NCBI GenBank assembly: GCA_964595865.1
Contig: CAZQRL010000007.1
Location: forward strand, 1,853 to 65,852
Origin: an uncultured Chthoniobacteraceae bacterium
Lineage (GTDB): Bacteria; Verrucomicrobiota; Verrucomicrobiia; Chthoniobacterales; DYNR01
Direction of reading: 5' to 3'
Length of the DNA stretch: 64,000 nucleotides
In this document: positions 55,973 through 64,000 of the stretch, piece by piece
Layout of the letters: the number at the start of each line of letters is the position of its first letter
Numbering within the stretch: the stretch's first letter is position 1
Notes under the pieces: generated by a model
What the model saw: only the letters and a program-made list of their open reading frames with translations
Databases searched by the model: none
Told to the model about the DNA's origin: nothing
Translations under genes and position numbers: made by a program

Positions 55973-57294
55973 GCCCTCTCTTGGAAAGCCCTACCTTGCT
56001 GGCCGAGGTCTGGCGACAGGCTGAGGAAGCAGTTCAGCAGGCCGCACGATGCGGGCCGGGACGCGTGGAAGTCTGCTTTCCTCCAGCCTTCCGTTTCCCA
56101 TTTGCTGCGGCTGACGGGCTGGCGATATTTCCCAAGTTCTACTGGCAAGCGCGCCATTGCGTGGTAAGGCGGTTGGCTCTCGGGGCGGTTTGGCGCGGCG
56201 AAACGCCGATTTTCCCCCAAAGTCTCAGCAAGCTTCCCGGAGATGAACTTTGCGGAGGGCAGGCCTTCGCTGCTTCCGCAATCGGCTCTCCGGAGTGGGC
56301 GGGCTTCGGCGCGGCGATTTGGTTTTTACCGGCCTTGGAAATCGTGGCCTCCACCCAAGGGACCCGGCTGCGCATCCGCTGGGAGGATACCCCTCCTTGG
56401 GATGCCCTGGAGCTTTTGCAAAACTTCCTCGAGACGGCTCCAAGCCGGGTCAATCCCACCATCCCAGAGGCCTGGGCCAGACTGGACGTGCCGAATTTCC
56501 ACGCCTGGCGCACCGCAGTCGGCCAAGCCCTGGAGCGGATCGAGCAGGGCGAGTTGCAAAAGCTGGTTCTGGCGCGGTGTTCGACCTTTGAGCTCAGCGA
56601 GGCCGCGGCACCGTTTGGGCTGCTCGAGGCACTCACAAAGCTGGCACCCGACTGTTTTCATTTTCTCTTGGCCGCCGAACGGGGATTGGGAGCTTTTTTC
56701 GGAGCCAGTCCGGAATTGCTCTATGCGCGAGAAGGACGCCGACTCCAGACCGAGGCCATCGCCGGGACTCGGCCGCGCAATTTGGATCCTGCGGAGGAGG
56801 AGCGCATGGAGGCGGAGTTGTTGGGTCAGGCCAAAGAATTGCGGGAACACGCGATTGTCGTGCAAGCCTTGCAGGATGCCCTCGCAGACCTCTGCGAAGA
56901 ACAGTCCACCGCTCCCGAGCCACAGATTCTCAAGCTGCAGCGCGTGCAGCACCTCCACACCCCACTGCGGGGTGTCCTGCGGAACGGCGTCGGGGATGCC
57001 GAAATCCTCTCCCGGTTGCATCCCACTCCCGCCACCTGTGGAATGCCAAAATCGGCTTCGCTGGCGGCGTTGCAAAACCTGGAGAACTTTTCCCGTGGTT
57101 GGTATGCCGGACCGGTGGGTTGGATCGGGGAGGAATCCGCCACGGTTTGTGTGGCCATTCGCTCGCTCAGACTTCGCGGAGCCGTTCTGATGGCCTATGC
57201 GGGAGCGGGCATTGTGCCAGGATCGGACGCGGAAAAGGAATGGGCGGAATTGGAGAGCAAAATCGGCGGGATTCTGCGCATGCTCTCTTTGTGA
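55969..57294 (+). CDS. menF: isochorismate synthase
   Basis: Chorismate-binding C-terminal motifs: LHPTPATCGMP, RGWYAGPVGWI, AIRSLRL, YAGAGIVPGSDAEKEWAELESK. Confidence 0.85.
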   Translation: MSPLLESPTLLAEVWRQAEEAVQQAARCGPGRVEVCFPPAFRFPFAAADGLAIFPKFYWQARHCVVRRLALGAVWRGETPIFPQSLSKLPGDELCGGQAFAASAIGSPEWAGFGAAIWFLPALEIVASTQGTRLRIRWEDTPPWDALELLQNFLETAPSRVNPTIPEAWARLDVPNFHAWRTAVGQALERIEQGELQKLVLARCSTFELSEAAAPFGLLEALTKLAPDCFHFLLAAERGLGAFFGASPELLYAREGRRLQTEAIAGTRPRNLDPAEEERMEAELLGQAKELREHAIVVQALQDALADLCEEQSTAPEPQILKLQRVQHLHTPLRGVLRNGVGDAEILSRLHPTPATCGMPKSASLAALQNLENFSRGWYAGPVGWIGEESATVCVAIRSLRLRGAVLMAYAGAGIVPGSDAEKEWAELESKIGGILRMLSL

Positions 57295-59000
57295 ATCTCC
57301 CGAATCGTTCCCACGCTCCCGAGAATCTCCGCCACGCGCGCTGGATTCTGCAGCAACTCGTCCAGCTCGGGCTCCGCGAAGTCTTTCTTGCTCCGGGCGC
57401 CCGCTCTGTGCCCTTGGTGGTGGCGGCCACGGAGAATGTTTCTCTGCGTCTGCACGGGCATTTCGACGAGCGCGGATTGGCATTTGCCGCTCTCGGTTAC
57501 GCGCGCACGATTGAGCGACCAGTAGCTGTGGTTACGACGTCCGGCTCCGCCGTAGCGAACCTTTGGCCAGCCGTGGTCGAGGCCTCGTATGGCGGCGTTC
57601 CGTTGATTCTTCTCACGGCGGACCGACCGGCGGAGCTGCGAGGCTCAGGGGCCAACCAGACCATTTGGCAGCCGGGAATCTTCGGGCGGGAAGTTCGCTG
57701 GAGTGTGGATTTGCCCCCAGCGGGTTGTGCGGAGGACTTGCTTGGCACCTGGCTACGGCTGGCCTGGGAATATGCGCTTGGGCCATTGCCGGGACCGGTG
57801 CATGTGAACTGCCCCTTTGCCGAGCCCCTCCTCAAGGAGGCGCCGGCCCCGCGACCCGTTGTTTCTCCGAGCGGGGCAGCAGAAAGTGCCCCTGCGATCC
57901 CCCAAGGCTCGCTACCTCCCAGGGAACTTTTCGCTCGCCCGGATGGGGTGATCGTCGTGGGCGGCTTGCCGCACCCTTGGCAATCAGCCGCTGCGGAGCC
58001 TCTGCTTCGGCTCTCCCGAGTTCTCGGTTGGCCAATTCTGGCAGATGCCCTCTCCGGTCTCAAAGGTCATCCCGGGGCTGTGCAACATGCTGATTTATTT
58101 CTGTCGGATGGTCGGATTCGCCCGCCCGGTGCAGTCCTTCACTTCGGGGCCGGGGTTGTTACGCGGTCCATTTTGCAATGGCTTGGGAAGGCACCTGCCG
58201 CGGCTTACTATCACTTCCCGGTAAGGCCACAGATCTTTGATCCCTGGCGGATCCGCCCGCAATTCCGGCCGGGGTGGTGGCCGAAATGTCTGGCCGCACT
58301 CTTGGACCTGGCTCCAGCAAGACCACACCCTGCGCGGGAGCTCTGGCAGCGTGCCGATGGGCTTGCAGAAAAACTCCTGGCGCGGGAGCTCGATCAGGCA
58401 TCCGGGTCTGTGAGCGAACCGGCCGCAGTGCGGGCCATTGCGGATGCGGCCGCCACCCAGCGAGTCGGCCTCTTGTTGGGGAACTCCATGCCGGTGCGTC
58501 ATTTTCAGGCCTTTGTTGGCCCATTGAAGCATGCCTTGCCGGTGCAAGGGAATCGCGGCACGAGCGGTATTGATGGAAATGTGGCCACCCTGGCCGGGAT
58601 CAACCTCTCGCTCCCGGAGGGCGGTTTTTGGGGCATCCTCGGCGATTTGGCGGTCTTGCATGATCTCAACTCCCTCGCCCTCTGGGCCTGTCTCCCCCAG
58701 GACGCAGCGCCAACGCTTTTCATCCTCAACAATCAGGGCGGGGGAATTTTTCCCTTTTTGCCGCTGCCGATAACGCCCGCTGTGCGTGAGCGCTGGCTCG
58801 AAACTCCACACCCATGGAGTTTTTCCGCGGCAGCGAGGCAATTTGGCCTAAGCTACCAGGGGATCGGCACCTCCGAGGAACTGCGGGAAACCTTGGTTGG
58901 AGCGCTCCCCCGGGTGGTGGAAATTCGCACCGACCGGGCGCAGACGGTGCAGCTTTTCCGCCGACTTCAGCAAATGGTGGCCGAGGAAATAACTCTATGA
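57291..59000 (+). CDS. menD: SEPHCHC synthase (2-succinyl-5-enolpyruvyl-6-hydroxy-3-cyclohexene-1-carboxylate synthase); GTG start overlapping the menF stop
   Basis: LREVFLAPGARSVPL, TSGSAVANLWPAVVEASYGGVPLILLTADRPAELR. ThDP motif GNRGTSGIDGNVATLAG...ILGDLAVLHDLNSL...NNQGGGIF. Confidence 0.85.
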   Translation: MNLPNRSHAPENLRHARWILQQLVQLGLREVFLAPGARSVPLVVAATENVSLRLHGHFDERGLAFAALGYARTIERPVAVVTTSGSAVANLWPAVVEASYGGVPLILLTADRPAELRGSGANQTIWQPGIFGREVRWSVDLPPAGCAEDLLGTWLRLAWEYALGPLPGPVHVNCPFAEPLLKEAPAPRPVVSPSGAAESAPAIPQGSLPPRELFARPDGVIVVGGLPHPWQSAAAEPLLRLSRVLGWPILADALSGLKGHPGAVQHADLFLSDGRIRPPGAVLHFGAGVVTRSILQWLGKAPAAAYYHFPVRPQIFDPWRIRPQFRPGWWPKCLAALLDLAPARPHPARELWQRADGLAEKLLARELDQASGSVSEPAAVRAIADAAATQRVGLLLGNSMPVRHFQAFVGPLKHALPVQGNRGTSGIDGNVATLAGINLSLPEGGFWGILGDLAVLHDLNSLALWACLPQDAAPTLFILNNQGGGIFPFLPLPITPAVRERWLETPHPWSFSAAARQFGLSYQGIGTSEELRETLVGALPRVVEIRTDRAQTVQLFRRLQQMVAEEITL

Positions 59001-59791
59001 ATGAACCCCAACTAGACGCAGGACAACGCGCCGCGCAGGCGCAATTCGACCGTCGCAGCAACCAATATGGCAAGTCCCACATCTTGGCCGATGTGAGCGA
59101 TCTCGAGGATGCTTTCGCGGGCTTGCCGAGCTCCCCGGGTGCCCGGGCTCTGGATGTGGCGACGGGGGGAGGCCACACCGCCCTGTTTTTGCTGCGTCGG
59201 GGATATGCGGTCACGGCGTGCGACATCTCGGTGGAGATGCTCCACCGGGCTGAGGAGTTGGCCGCCGAGGCGGGATGGAAAATCCACACCCGACAACATC
59301 CAGCGGAGTCTCTCCCGGATGCAGATGAAACCTACGCCGTGGTCACTTGTCGTGTGGCGGCACATCACTTCAGTGCTCCGGAGCGATTTGGGCGCGAAGT
59401 GGCTCGGGTGCTGCGACCGGGCGGGTATTTGGTTTTGATAGATGGCAGCGTTCCCGATGAAGAGCCGGAGGCCGAAGCCTGGATCCATGCGGTGGAATGT
59501 CTGCGCGATCCGAGCCATGGCCGGTTTCTTAGCCCGGGACGTTGGAAAGCTCTTCTCTCGGATGCCGGATTGGCCGTGCGGGACTGTCGCCTGGTGCCGT
59601 TCAAACAACCGGATCTGGAGTGGTATTTTGCGACCGCTGCCACCCCGGCAGAAAATCGGCAGGAAGTCCTGCGCCTCTTGGCCACGGCTTCCGCCCGGGT
59701 GCGGGAGGTTTTTCGCTTGGGTGAAGAAGGCGGCAAAATCATTTGGTGGTGGCCCCGGATGACTTTGGTGGCGCAAAAACCGCTCCCTTAA
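58997..59791 (+). CDS. class I SAM-dependent methyltransferase
   Basis: ARALDVATGGGHTALFLLRRGYAVTACDISVEML, then VLRPGGYLVLID. ATG 58997 overlaps the menD stop. Confidence 0.75.
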   Translation: MNEPQLDAGQRAAQAQFDRRSNQYGKSHILADVSDLEDAFAGLPSSPGARALDVATGGGHTALFLLRRGYAVTACDISVEMLHRAEELAAEAGWKIHTRQHPAESLPDADETYAVVTCRVAAHHFSAPERFGREVARVLRPGGYLVLIDGSVPDEEPEAEAWIHAVECLRDPSHGRFLSPGRWKALLSDAGLAVRDCRLVPFKQPDLEWYFATAATPAENRQEVLRLLATASARVREVFRLGEEGGKIIWWWPRMTLVAQKPLP

Positions 59792-59794
59792 TCC

Positions 59795-60679
59795 ATGGGG
59801 CAAATCGGGCTCGGCTTTGCGCTGTTGGCGGCCTTCGGCTACACGCTGGCCACCTTCTTTCTCAAGCTCGGATTGGGCCGTGGGGCGACTGCGGGGCAGT
59901 TGACGCTCTGGTCCAACATCGCCATGGGCCTGCTGGTGCAGCCGCTCTGGTTCTTTGAAGATCCCGCTCTGCCGAATGCGCACTGGGTTATGCCGCTGCT
60001 GGCCTGCCTGGCTTTCCTCGGGGGACAGGTGTTGACCTTTGCCGCTCTGGCGCACGGAGACGTCTCGGTGGTCACGCCGTTACTGGGCACGAAAGTGATC
60101 GGAGTGACCTTGCTCAATGCGTGGGTTTTTGCCCTGCCCATGCCGACGCGCTGGTGGATCGCCTCCATGGCTTCTTCCCTTGGCATCGCCATCATTGCCG
60201 GGCTGGTGCCGCGGGGACAGTGGCGGAGGATCTTCATGACAGCCAGCCTGGCGCTGGGAGCGGCGCTCTGTTTTTCCTTCACGGACGTTTTGGTGCAACA
60301 CTGGGCCGGTGCTTCCGATCCATTGGCCTTCCTACCGATGATGTTTGGCGGCGTGGGTCTTCTCTCCACCGTGTGGTGTGGCTGTTTTCAGCGGGAGGCT
60401 TTCTTGCCGGTCCCAAAGGCGCGACCCATTTTGGGTCTCGGAGCACTCCTCCTGGCTGGGCAAGCGGGCTTGATGTTTCTTTCCCTGAGCTGGACCCGCG
60501 ATGCTACCGCGACCAATATCCTTTACGGCACACGGGCGTTGTTGACAGTCCTGGCAGCGTGGATTTTTGGGGGAGCCTTTGGCCTGAGCGAAGGAAAACT
60601 TCCGTGGCGCCTGTTGTTGCTGCGACTGGTCGGTGCGGCTCTGCTATTTGCGGCTATCTTCCTCATTCTCGCGCCCTGA
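59795..60679 (+). CDS. DMT/EamA-like polytopic membrane transporter
   Basis: About 10 hydrophobic helices in two similar halves. Starts 3 nt after the methyltransferase stop. Confidence 0.55.
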   Translation: MGQIGLGFALLAAFGYTLATFFLKLGLGRGATAGQLTLWSNIAMGLLVQPLWFFEDPALPNAHWVMPLLACLAFLGGQVLTFAALAHGDVSVVTPLLGTKVIGVTLLNAWVFALPMPTRWWIASMASSLGIAIIAGLVPRGQWRRIFMTASLALGAALCFSFTDVLVQHWAGASDPLAFLPMMFGGVGLLSTVWCGCFQREAFLPVPKARPILGLGALLLAGQAGLMFLSLSWTRDATATNILYGTRALLTVLAAWIFGGAFGLSEGKLPWRLLLLRLVGAALLFAAIFLILAP

Positions 60680-60756
60680 GCCGGAGCCCTCTCTGCCGAC
60701 CAGGCGGTTGGGATTTTTCCCATTGACCAAGACAACCGCATGGTTATTAGGGGCCT

Positions 60757-62703
60757 ATGGACTCGCTTATTCCCCCGCGTCCAATCCATCGCCTCTGCGT
60801 ATTGCTTTTGGTCCTTTGGGGGCTGGGTTGCTTGCTTCCCGGCTCCGTGCAAGCCATCAGCATCACGGGGTATTCCAGCGAGGTGAACGACCGGTTTGCC
60901 TCCGGCTTTCCCACTGCGCCGGTGGATAACACCGCGCCCTCGTTTATCGGGCTGGGGTTGGATTGGGATGGCGTGGGGTGGGCGACCGGGGATGCGACGA
61001 AGGGGTTCGGATTTCTCAGCCCGCAGCACTATATGGTGGCGAAGCACTACGGAGGTTCGGCGAATCTCCAGGTCTCGCTGGATGGGACTTTGGAAACTGG
61101 CACGCAAAACGGGGTAGAGGACACGGGGTATGGCGTGGTCTTTGGCAACGCGACCGTGGGTGATCTTTCTTTGGGAACCCTGATCGCGTCCCTGCCCATG
61201 ACCATGCCGCGTTACGCGGTGCTGGATCTCAATTCCTCCTCCACGACCAACAGCCCGGGGGCCTACGTCGGCTTGGAGGTTCTGCTCTATGGGCGTGGGC
61301 CGAGCGCGGCCTTCAGCCCCCGCATCGGACAAGCGAACCTTCTTGGGGTCACCGTCTCAGGGAATAACACTTATTTCACGACCAATCGCACCGCCGTCCA
61401 ATTGGAGGTCGGAGATTCCGGTAGCCCGGCGTTTCACCGTTGGACGAACCCAAACGGCACCCAAGAGCTAACTTTGCTGGGAAATCATGCGGCGATTGAT
61501 ACGAGCAACAACTACATCAACTTCCTTGGCACTTCCCAAGTCATGGGGCAGCTCAATAGCTTTATGAATGATGACGGATTTGCTCTCCGCGTGGTGGGGA
61601 ATCCGACGAACACCTGGGTGGGAAATAGCTCCACCAACATCAACAATCGCGCGTCGTGGGGGCTGTCGTTTCCCACCCCGGCACCCTCGGATCTTTTCGT
61701 CAATTTCAACGCCGCGACTGCCGGCAGCGGGCGGTTGGTCACGGTGAATACCAACCACAACCTGCGTGGTTTGTATTTTCTATTCACCAGTGCCGCCAGC
61801 GATGGATTTTCCTTCAACGGCACTAGCACCCTGACCATTGGCCGGGGTGGAGTGACAAATTACGATAACAGTCGCCAGGTCTTCAATGCGCCGCTAAAAC
61901 TGGGAGATTCGCAATACTGGGATGGTGGCTCCGGTGGCATCACCGTCGGGGCGTTGGACACCAATGGCCGCTTGCTGGAAATCACCGGCCAGGGCACGAA
62001 TCGAATCACCGGGGTGATTTCCGGCTCGGGCGGGCTGGCGGTCTCTGGAGGCGTCCTGGAACTCACCAGCAACAACACCTACAGCGGACGCACCTGGGTC
62101 CATGCCGGAACGCTGCTCCTCAGTAATCCCTCGGGCAGCGCCACCGGCTCGGGAAATGTCACCGTCGCTTCGTCGGCCATTCTTTCCGGAAATGGCACCA
62201 TCGCGGGCCCGGTGCGCATCCGCGGAAGCCTGCAACCGGGCAGCAGTGCCTTGGAGACCTTCACCGTGCAAAATAATCTCACTTGGGATGCCGGGACCCC
62301 TTGGGTTTTTCAACTCGGGAGCGCCGCGCCAAGCCTCTCCGGGGCCGCTTCGGGAGGAAGCACCCAGGATGCTTTGGCGATCACCAGCGGAGATTTCCTC
62401 CGTGGAAGTGGTGCCACCGGAGACTGGACCTTCGACTTTCTTGGAACCGGGCTGGTGGGCTGGTATCGGCTCATTACCTGGAGTGGGAGCAGCACCTTCG
62501 CGGTCGGAGATTTTTCCCTGGTCAATCTCAATCCCGGCTACACTGGAAGCTTTTCTTTGCAGAGCCAGGGGCTCTATCTGCAGGTGGCAGCCCCGATTCC
62601 AGAACCCAGCACCAGCCTGCTGCTGTTGTTGGCAGCAGGGTGTTTTGCTGGCTACGCTCGTCAGCGAGCGCGAGGAGTCCAGCGTCGCAACTCGGCCGCG
62701 TAG
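60757..62703 (+). CDS. secreted PEP-CTERM protein: N-terminal trypsin-like domain, autotransporter-associated beta-strand repeats, C-terminal PEP-CTERM anchor
   Basis: Signal peptide HRLCVLLLVLWGLGCLLPGSVQA. Protease-like EVGDSGSPAF. Repeats GGLAVSGGVLELTSNNTYSGRTWVHAGTLLLSN. C-terminus PIPEPSTSLLLLLAAGCFAGYARQRARG. Confidence 0.8.
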   Translation: MDSLIPPRPIHRLCVLLLVLWGLGCLLPGSVQAISITGYSSEVNDRFASGFPTAPVDNTAPSFIGLGLDWDGVGWATGDATKGFGFLSPQHYMVAKHYGGSANLQVSLDGTLETGTQNGVEDTGYGVVFGNATVGDLSLGTLIASLPMTMPRYAVLDLNSSSTTNSPGAYVGLEVLLYGRGPSAAFSPRIGQANLLGVTVSGNNTYFTTNRTAVQLEVGDSGSPAFHRWTNPNGTQELTLLGNHAAIDTSNNYINFLGTSQVMGQLNSFMNDDGFALRVVGNPTNTWVGNSSTNINNRASWGLSFPTPAPSDLFVNFNAATAGSGRLVTVNTNHNLRGLYFLFTSAASDGFSFNGTSTLTIGRGGVTNYDNSRQVFNAPLKLGDSQYWDGGSGGITVGALDTNGRLLEITGQGTNRITGVISGSGGLAVSGGVLELTSNNTYSGRTWVHAGTLLLSNPSGSATGSGNVTVASSAILSGNGTIAGPVRIRGSLQPGSSALETFTVQNNLTWDAGTPWVFQLGSAAPSLSGAASGGSTQDALAITSGDFLRGSGATGDWTFDFLGTGLVGWYRLITWSGSSTFAVGDFSLVNLNPGYTGSFSLQSQGLYLQVAAPIPEPSTSLLLLLAAGCFAGYARQRARGVQRRNSAA

Positions 62704-63701
62704 GCACAGAATCCCGCGCCGAAGGAAGTCAGCCAAAGCAGGCGGTCCGCTGGAGTTTCTGCGGTGAGGCGCTGCTCTAGAGCCACCAGGACTGCCGGGC
62801 TACTGAGGTTGCCATAATCACGCAGGACGGCGCGGGTTTCCGCAAAACGATACGGTGGGAGAATCTTCTCCACAGCCTCTATCACATCCCGACCTCCACT
62901 ATGGGAGATCACGGCCTGCGGAACTGCGGGGTAACCCTCGCGGAGCTGCCGCACGGCCTCGGCGGCCAGGCCCGGCAAGTCCCGATCGAGCTGATTGCGC
63001 AATTTCCCTCCGGCGTTGACGAAGCGGATTTTTTCCCGTTTCTGCGGCCAGTGGAGAGAACGAAAGTTGCTTATTTGCCAAGGCGTGGCCGTTGGATGAT
63101 TGCGCCAGATGGAAGCCGAGGCTCCATCGCCAAAAAGACAGGCACTCACCACCACGCCCGGATCATCATCCAAGAAAAAGGCCGCGGAACAGACCTCCAC
63201 CGCCACGACAGCAACAGTCGCCTCCGGATGCTCCGCAAGAAAACATTTGGCCGAGTGCAAGGTGGGTAAGGCAGCTCCACAACCGAGGCCCACCACATCG
63301 TGAAGAAAAACCTCCGGGCGCAGGCCAAGAAACTCCGCCACGTGGCTTGAAACCCCGGGGCACAAGTAGCCAGTGCAGGTGCAAATAAAGAGCGCGTCCA
63401 GATCCGGCGCGGAAATCTGCGCTTGCTGCAGCGCCTGGGCGAGCGCCACGGAGGCCAAGCGCGGAGCCTCGCGTTCAAAAGCCCGGTTGAGCCCCTCGGC
63501 ATCCAGCCGAAATAATTCAGTCGGCGGTAGGGCAAAGTGACGCTTGGCGATCCCAGAGTCCCCCAGCAAGATCGTCCGCAAGGTGCGCCTCCCGCGTTTG
63601 CCCAAACCCTGGAGCGCGCCTCCGTCATTCAAAGCCTGCCAGACCTCGGGCTGAGTGTAGCTCGCGACGGGAAAAGCGCTGGTGAGGGCTTGCAGAAACA
63701 T
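62661..63701 (-). CDS. type III polyketide synthase (chalcone/stilbene synthase superfamily); start at the internal ATG 63701
   Basis: Cys FICTCTGYLCPGVS, His VISHSGGRDVIEAV, Asn DYGNLSSPAVLVAL, and C-terminal LTSFGAGFCAYA. Confidence 0.85.
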   Translation of the reverse strand: MFLQALTSAFPVASYTQPEVWQALNDGGALQGLGKRGRRTLRTILLGDSGIAKRHFALPPTELFRLDAEGLNRAFEREAPRLASVALAQALQQAQISAPDLDALFICTCTGYLCPGVSSHVAEFLGLRPEVFLHDVVGLGCGAALPTLHSAKCFLAEHPEATVAVVAVEVCSAAFFLDDDPGVVVSACLFGDGASASIWRNHPTATPWQISNFRSLHWPQKREKIRFVNAGGKLRNQLDRDLPGLAAEAVRQLREGYPAVPQAVISHSGGRDVIEAVEKILPPYRFAETRAVLRDYGNLSSPAVLVALEQRLTAETPADRLLWLTSFGAGFCAYAAELRRWTPRAR

Positions 63702-63853
63702 GTTCGGAGAGATGGCAGTGGATGGGGCGTGTTGGAATCCCCAACCAGCCCGGACACGAGGGTCTGGGCGAGCAAAAAAACAGCCAAGGTTGAATCCGGT
63801 GAAAAATCCCGACTTGAGAGTGGGAGTCTTTGCGGCCAAATTCACGCCACACT

Positions 63854-64000
63854 ATGAAAAAATCGGGATGTTTCGGAGTCGCGCTCTTTTTGGCGCTCTG
63901 TCTGAGTATGTTGGCCAATCTCGTGCTTTTCGGACTTTGGTCCGGGCACCAAGCCAAAACCAAACTGCGTCCCGGGATGGCCACCGGGCCGGTTTCCTTC
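63854..64000 (+). CDS. partial ORF (5' end only) encoding an N-terminal hydrophobic/signal-anchor segment; function unknown
   Basis: MKKSGCFGVALFLALCLSMLANLVLFGLWSGHQAKTKLRPG... runs off the window. Confidence 0.3.
   Translation, partial: MKKSGCFGVALFLALCLSMLANLVLFGLWSGHQAKTKLRPGMATGPVSF

Noticed and set aside
1-64000. CRISPR arrays, rRNA genes, prophage blocks, or recognisable defence systems (restriction-modification, CBASS, retron and similar).
   Set aside because: I saw no regularly spaced direct repeats, no rRNA-like conserved stretches, and no reverse transcriptase, nuclease-helicase or cyclase signatures in any ORF. The only toxin-like element is the RelE/ParE-fold ORF reported above.

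Overview
GC-rich bacterial chromosomal window. The lineage is probably Verrucomicrobiota-like, judged only from a large secreted protein that combines autotransporter-associated beta-strand repeats with a PEP-CTERM sorting signal; this is an inference, not a database result. I can support about 55 protein-coding genes, 3 tRNAs (Gln-CTG, Lys-CTT, Pro-CGG) and three decayed IS transposase remnants (IS1380-like, IS3-like, IS630-like). I saw no rRNA and no CRISPR array. Most genes are housekeeping: zwf-opcA, mnmG, deaD, rodA, panB, recJ, recG, folA-thyA, eda, ubiE-menF-menD. Genes are packed tightly, with many 4-nt ATGA overlaps. Items worth a second look: (1) a translationally coupled module of circularly permuted ATP-grasp/alpha-E, two transglutaminases, DUF2126 and a GNAT-like gene, directly downstream of a 5'-truncated integron integrase; (2) a protein with the flavin-dependent-halogenase signature (GxGxxG plus WxWxIP) coupled to ubiE-menF-menD-methyltransferase; (3) an NSS transporter interrupted by one in-frame TGA at a conserved Trp position, followed by an untracked MetS-like small-subunit ORF; (4) a region upstream of a sigma-54 activator where three frame or stop anomalies all fall at poly-A runs, including a PEP-CTERM motif stranded inside an ORF; (5) an H-NOX/hybrid histidine kinase pair; (6) a stand-alone type III polyketide synthase; (7) an orphan RelE/ParE-like gene inside a housekeeping gene string; (8) a GH2 gene bracketed by IS remnants. 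All family calls come from reading the translations. No searches were run.
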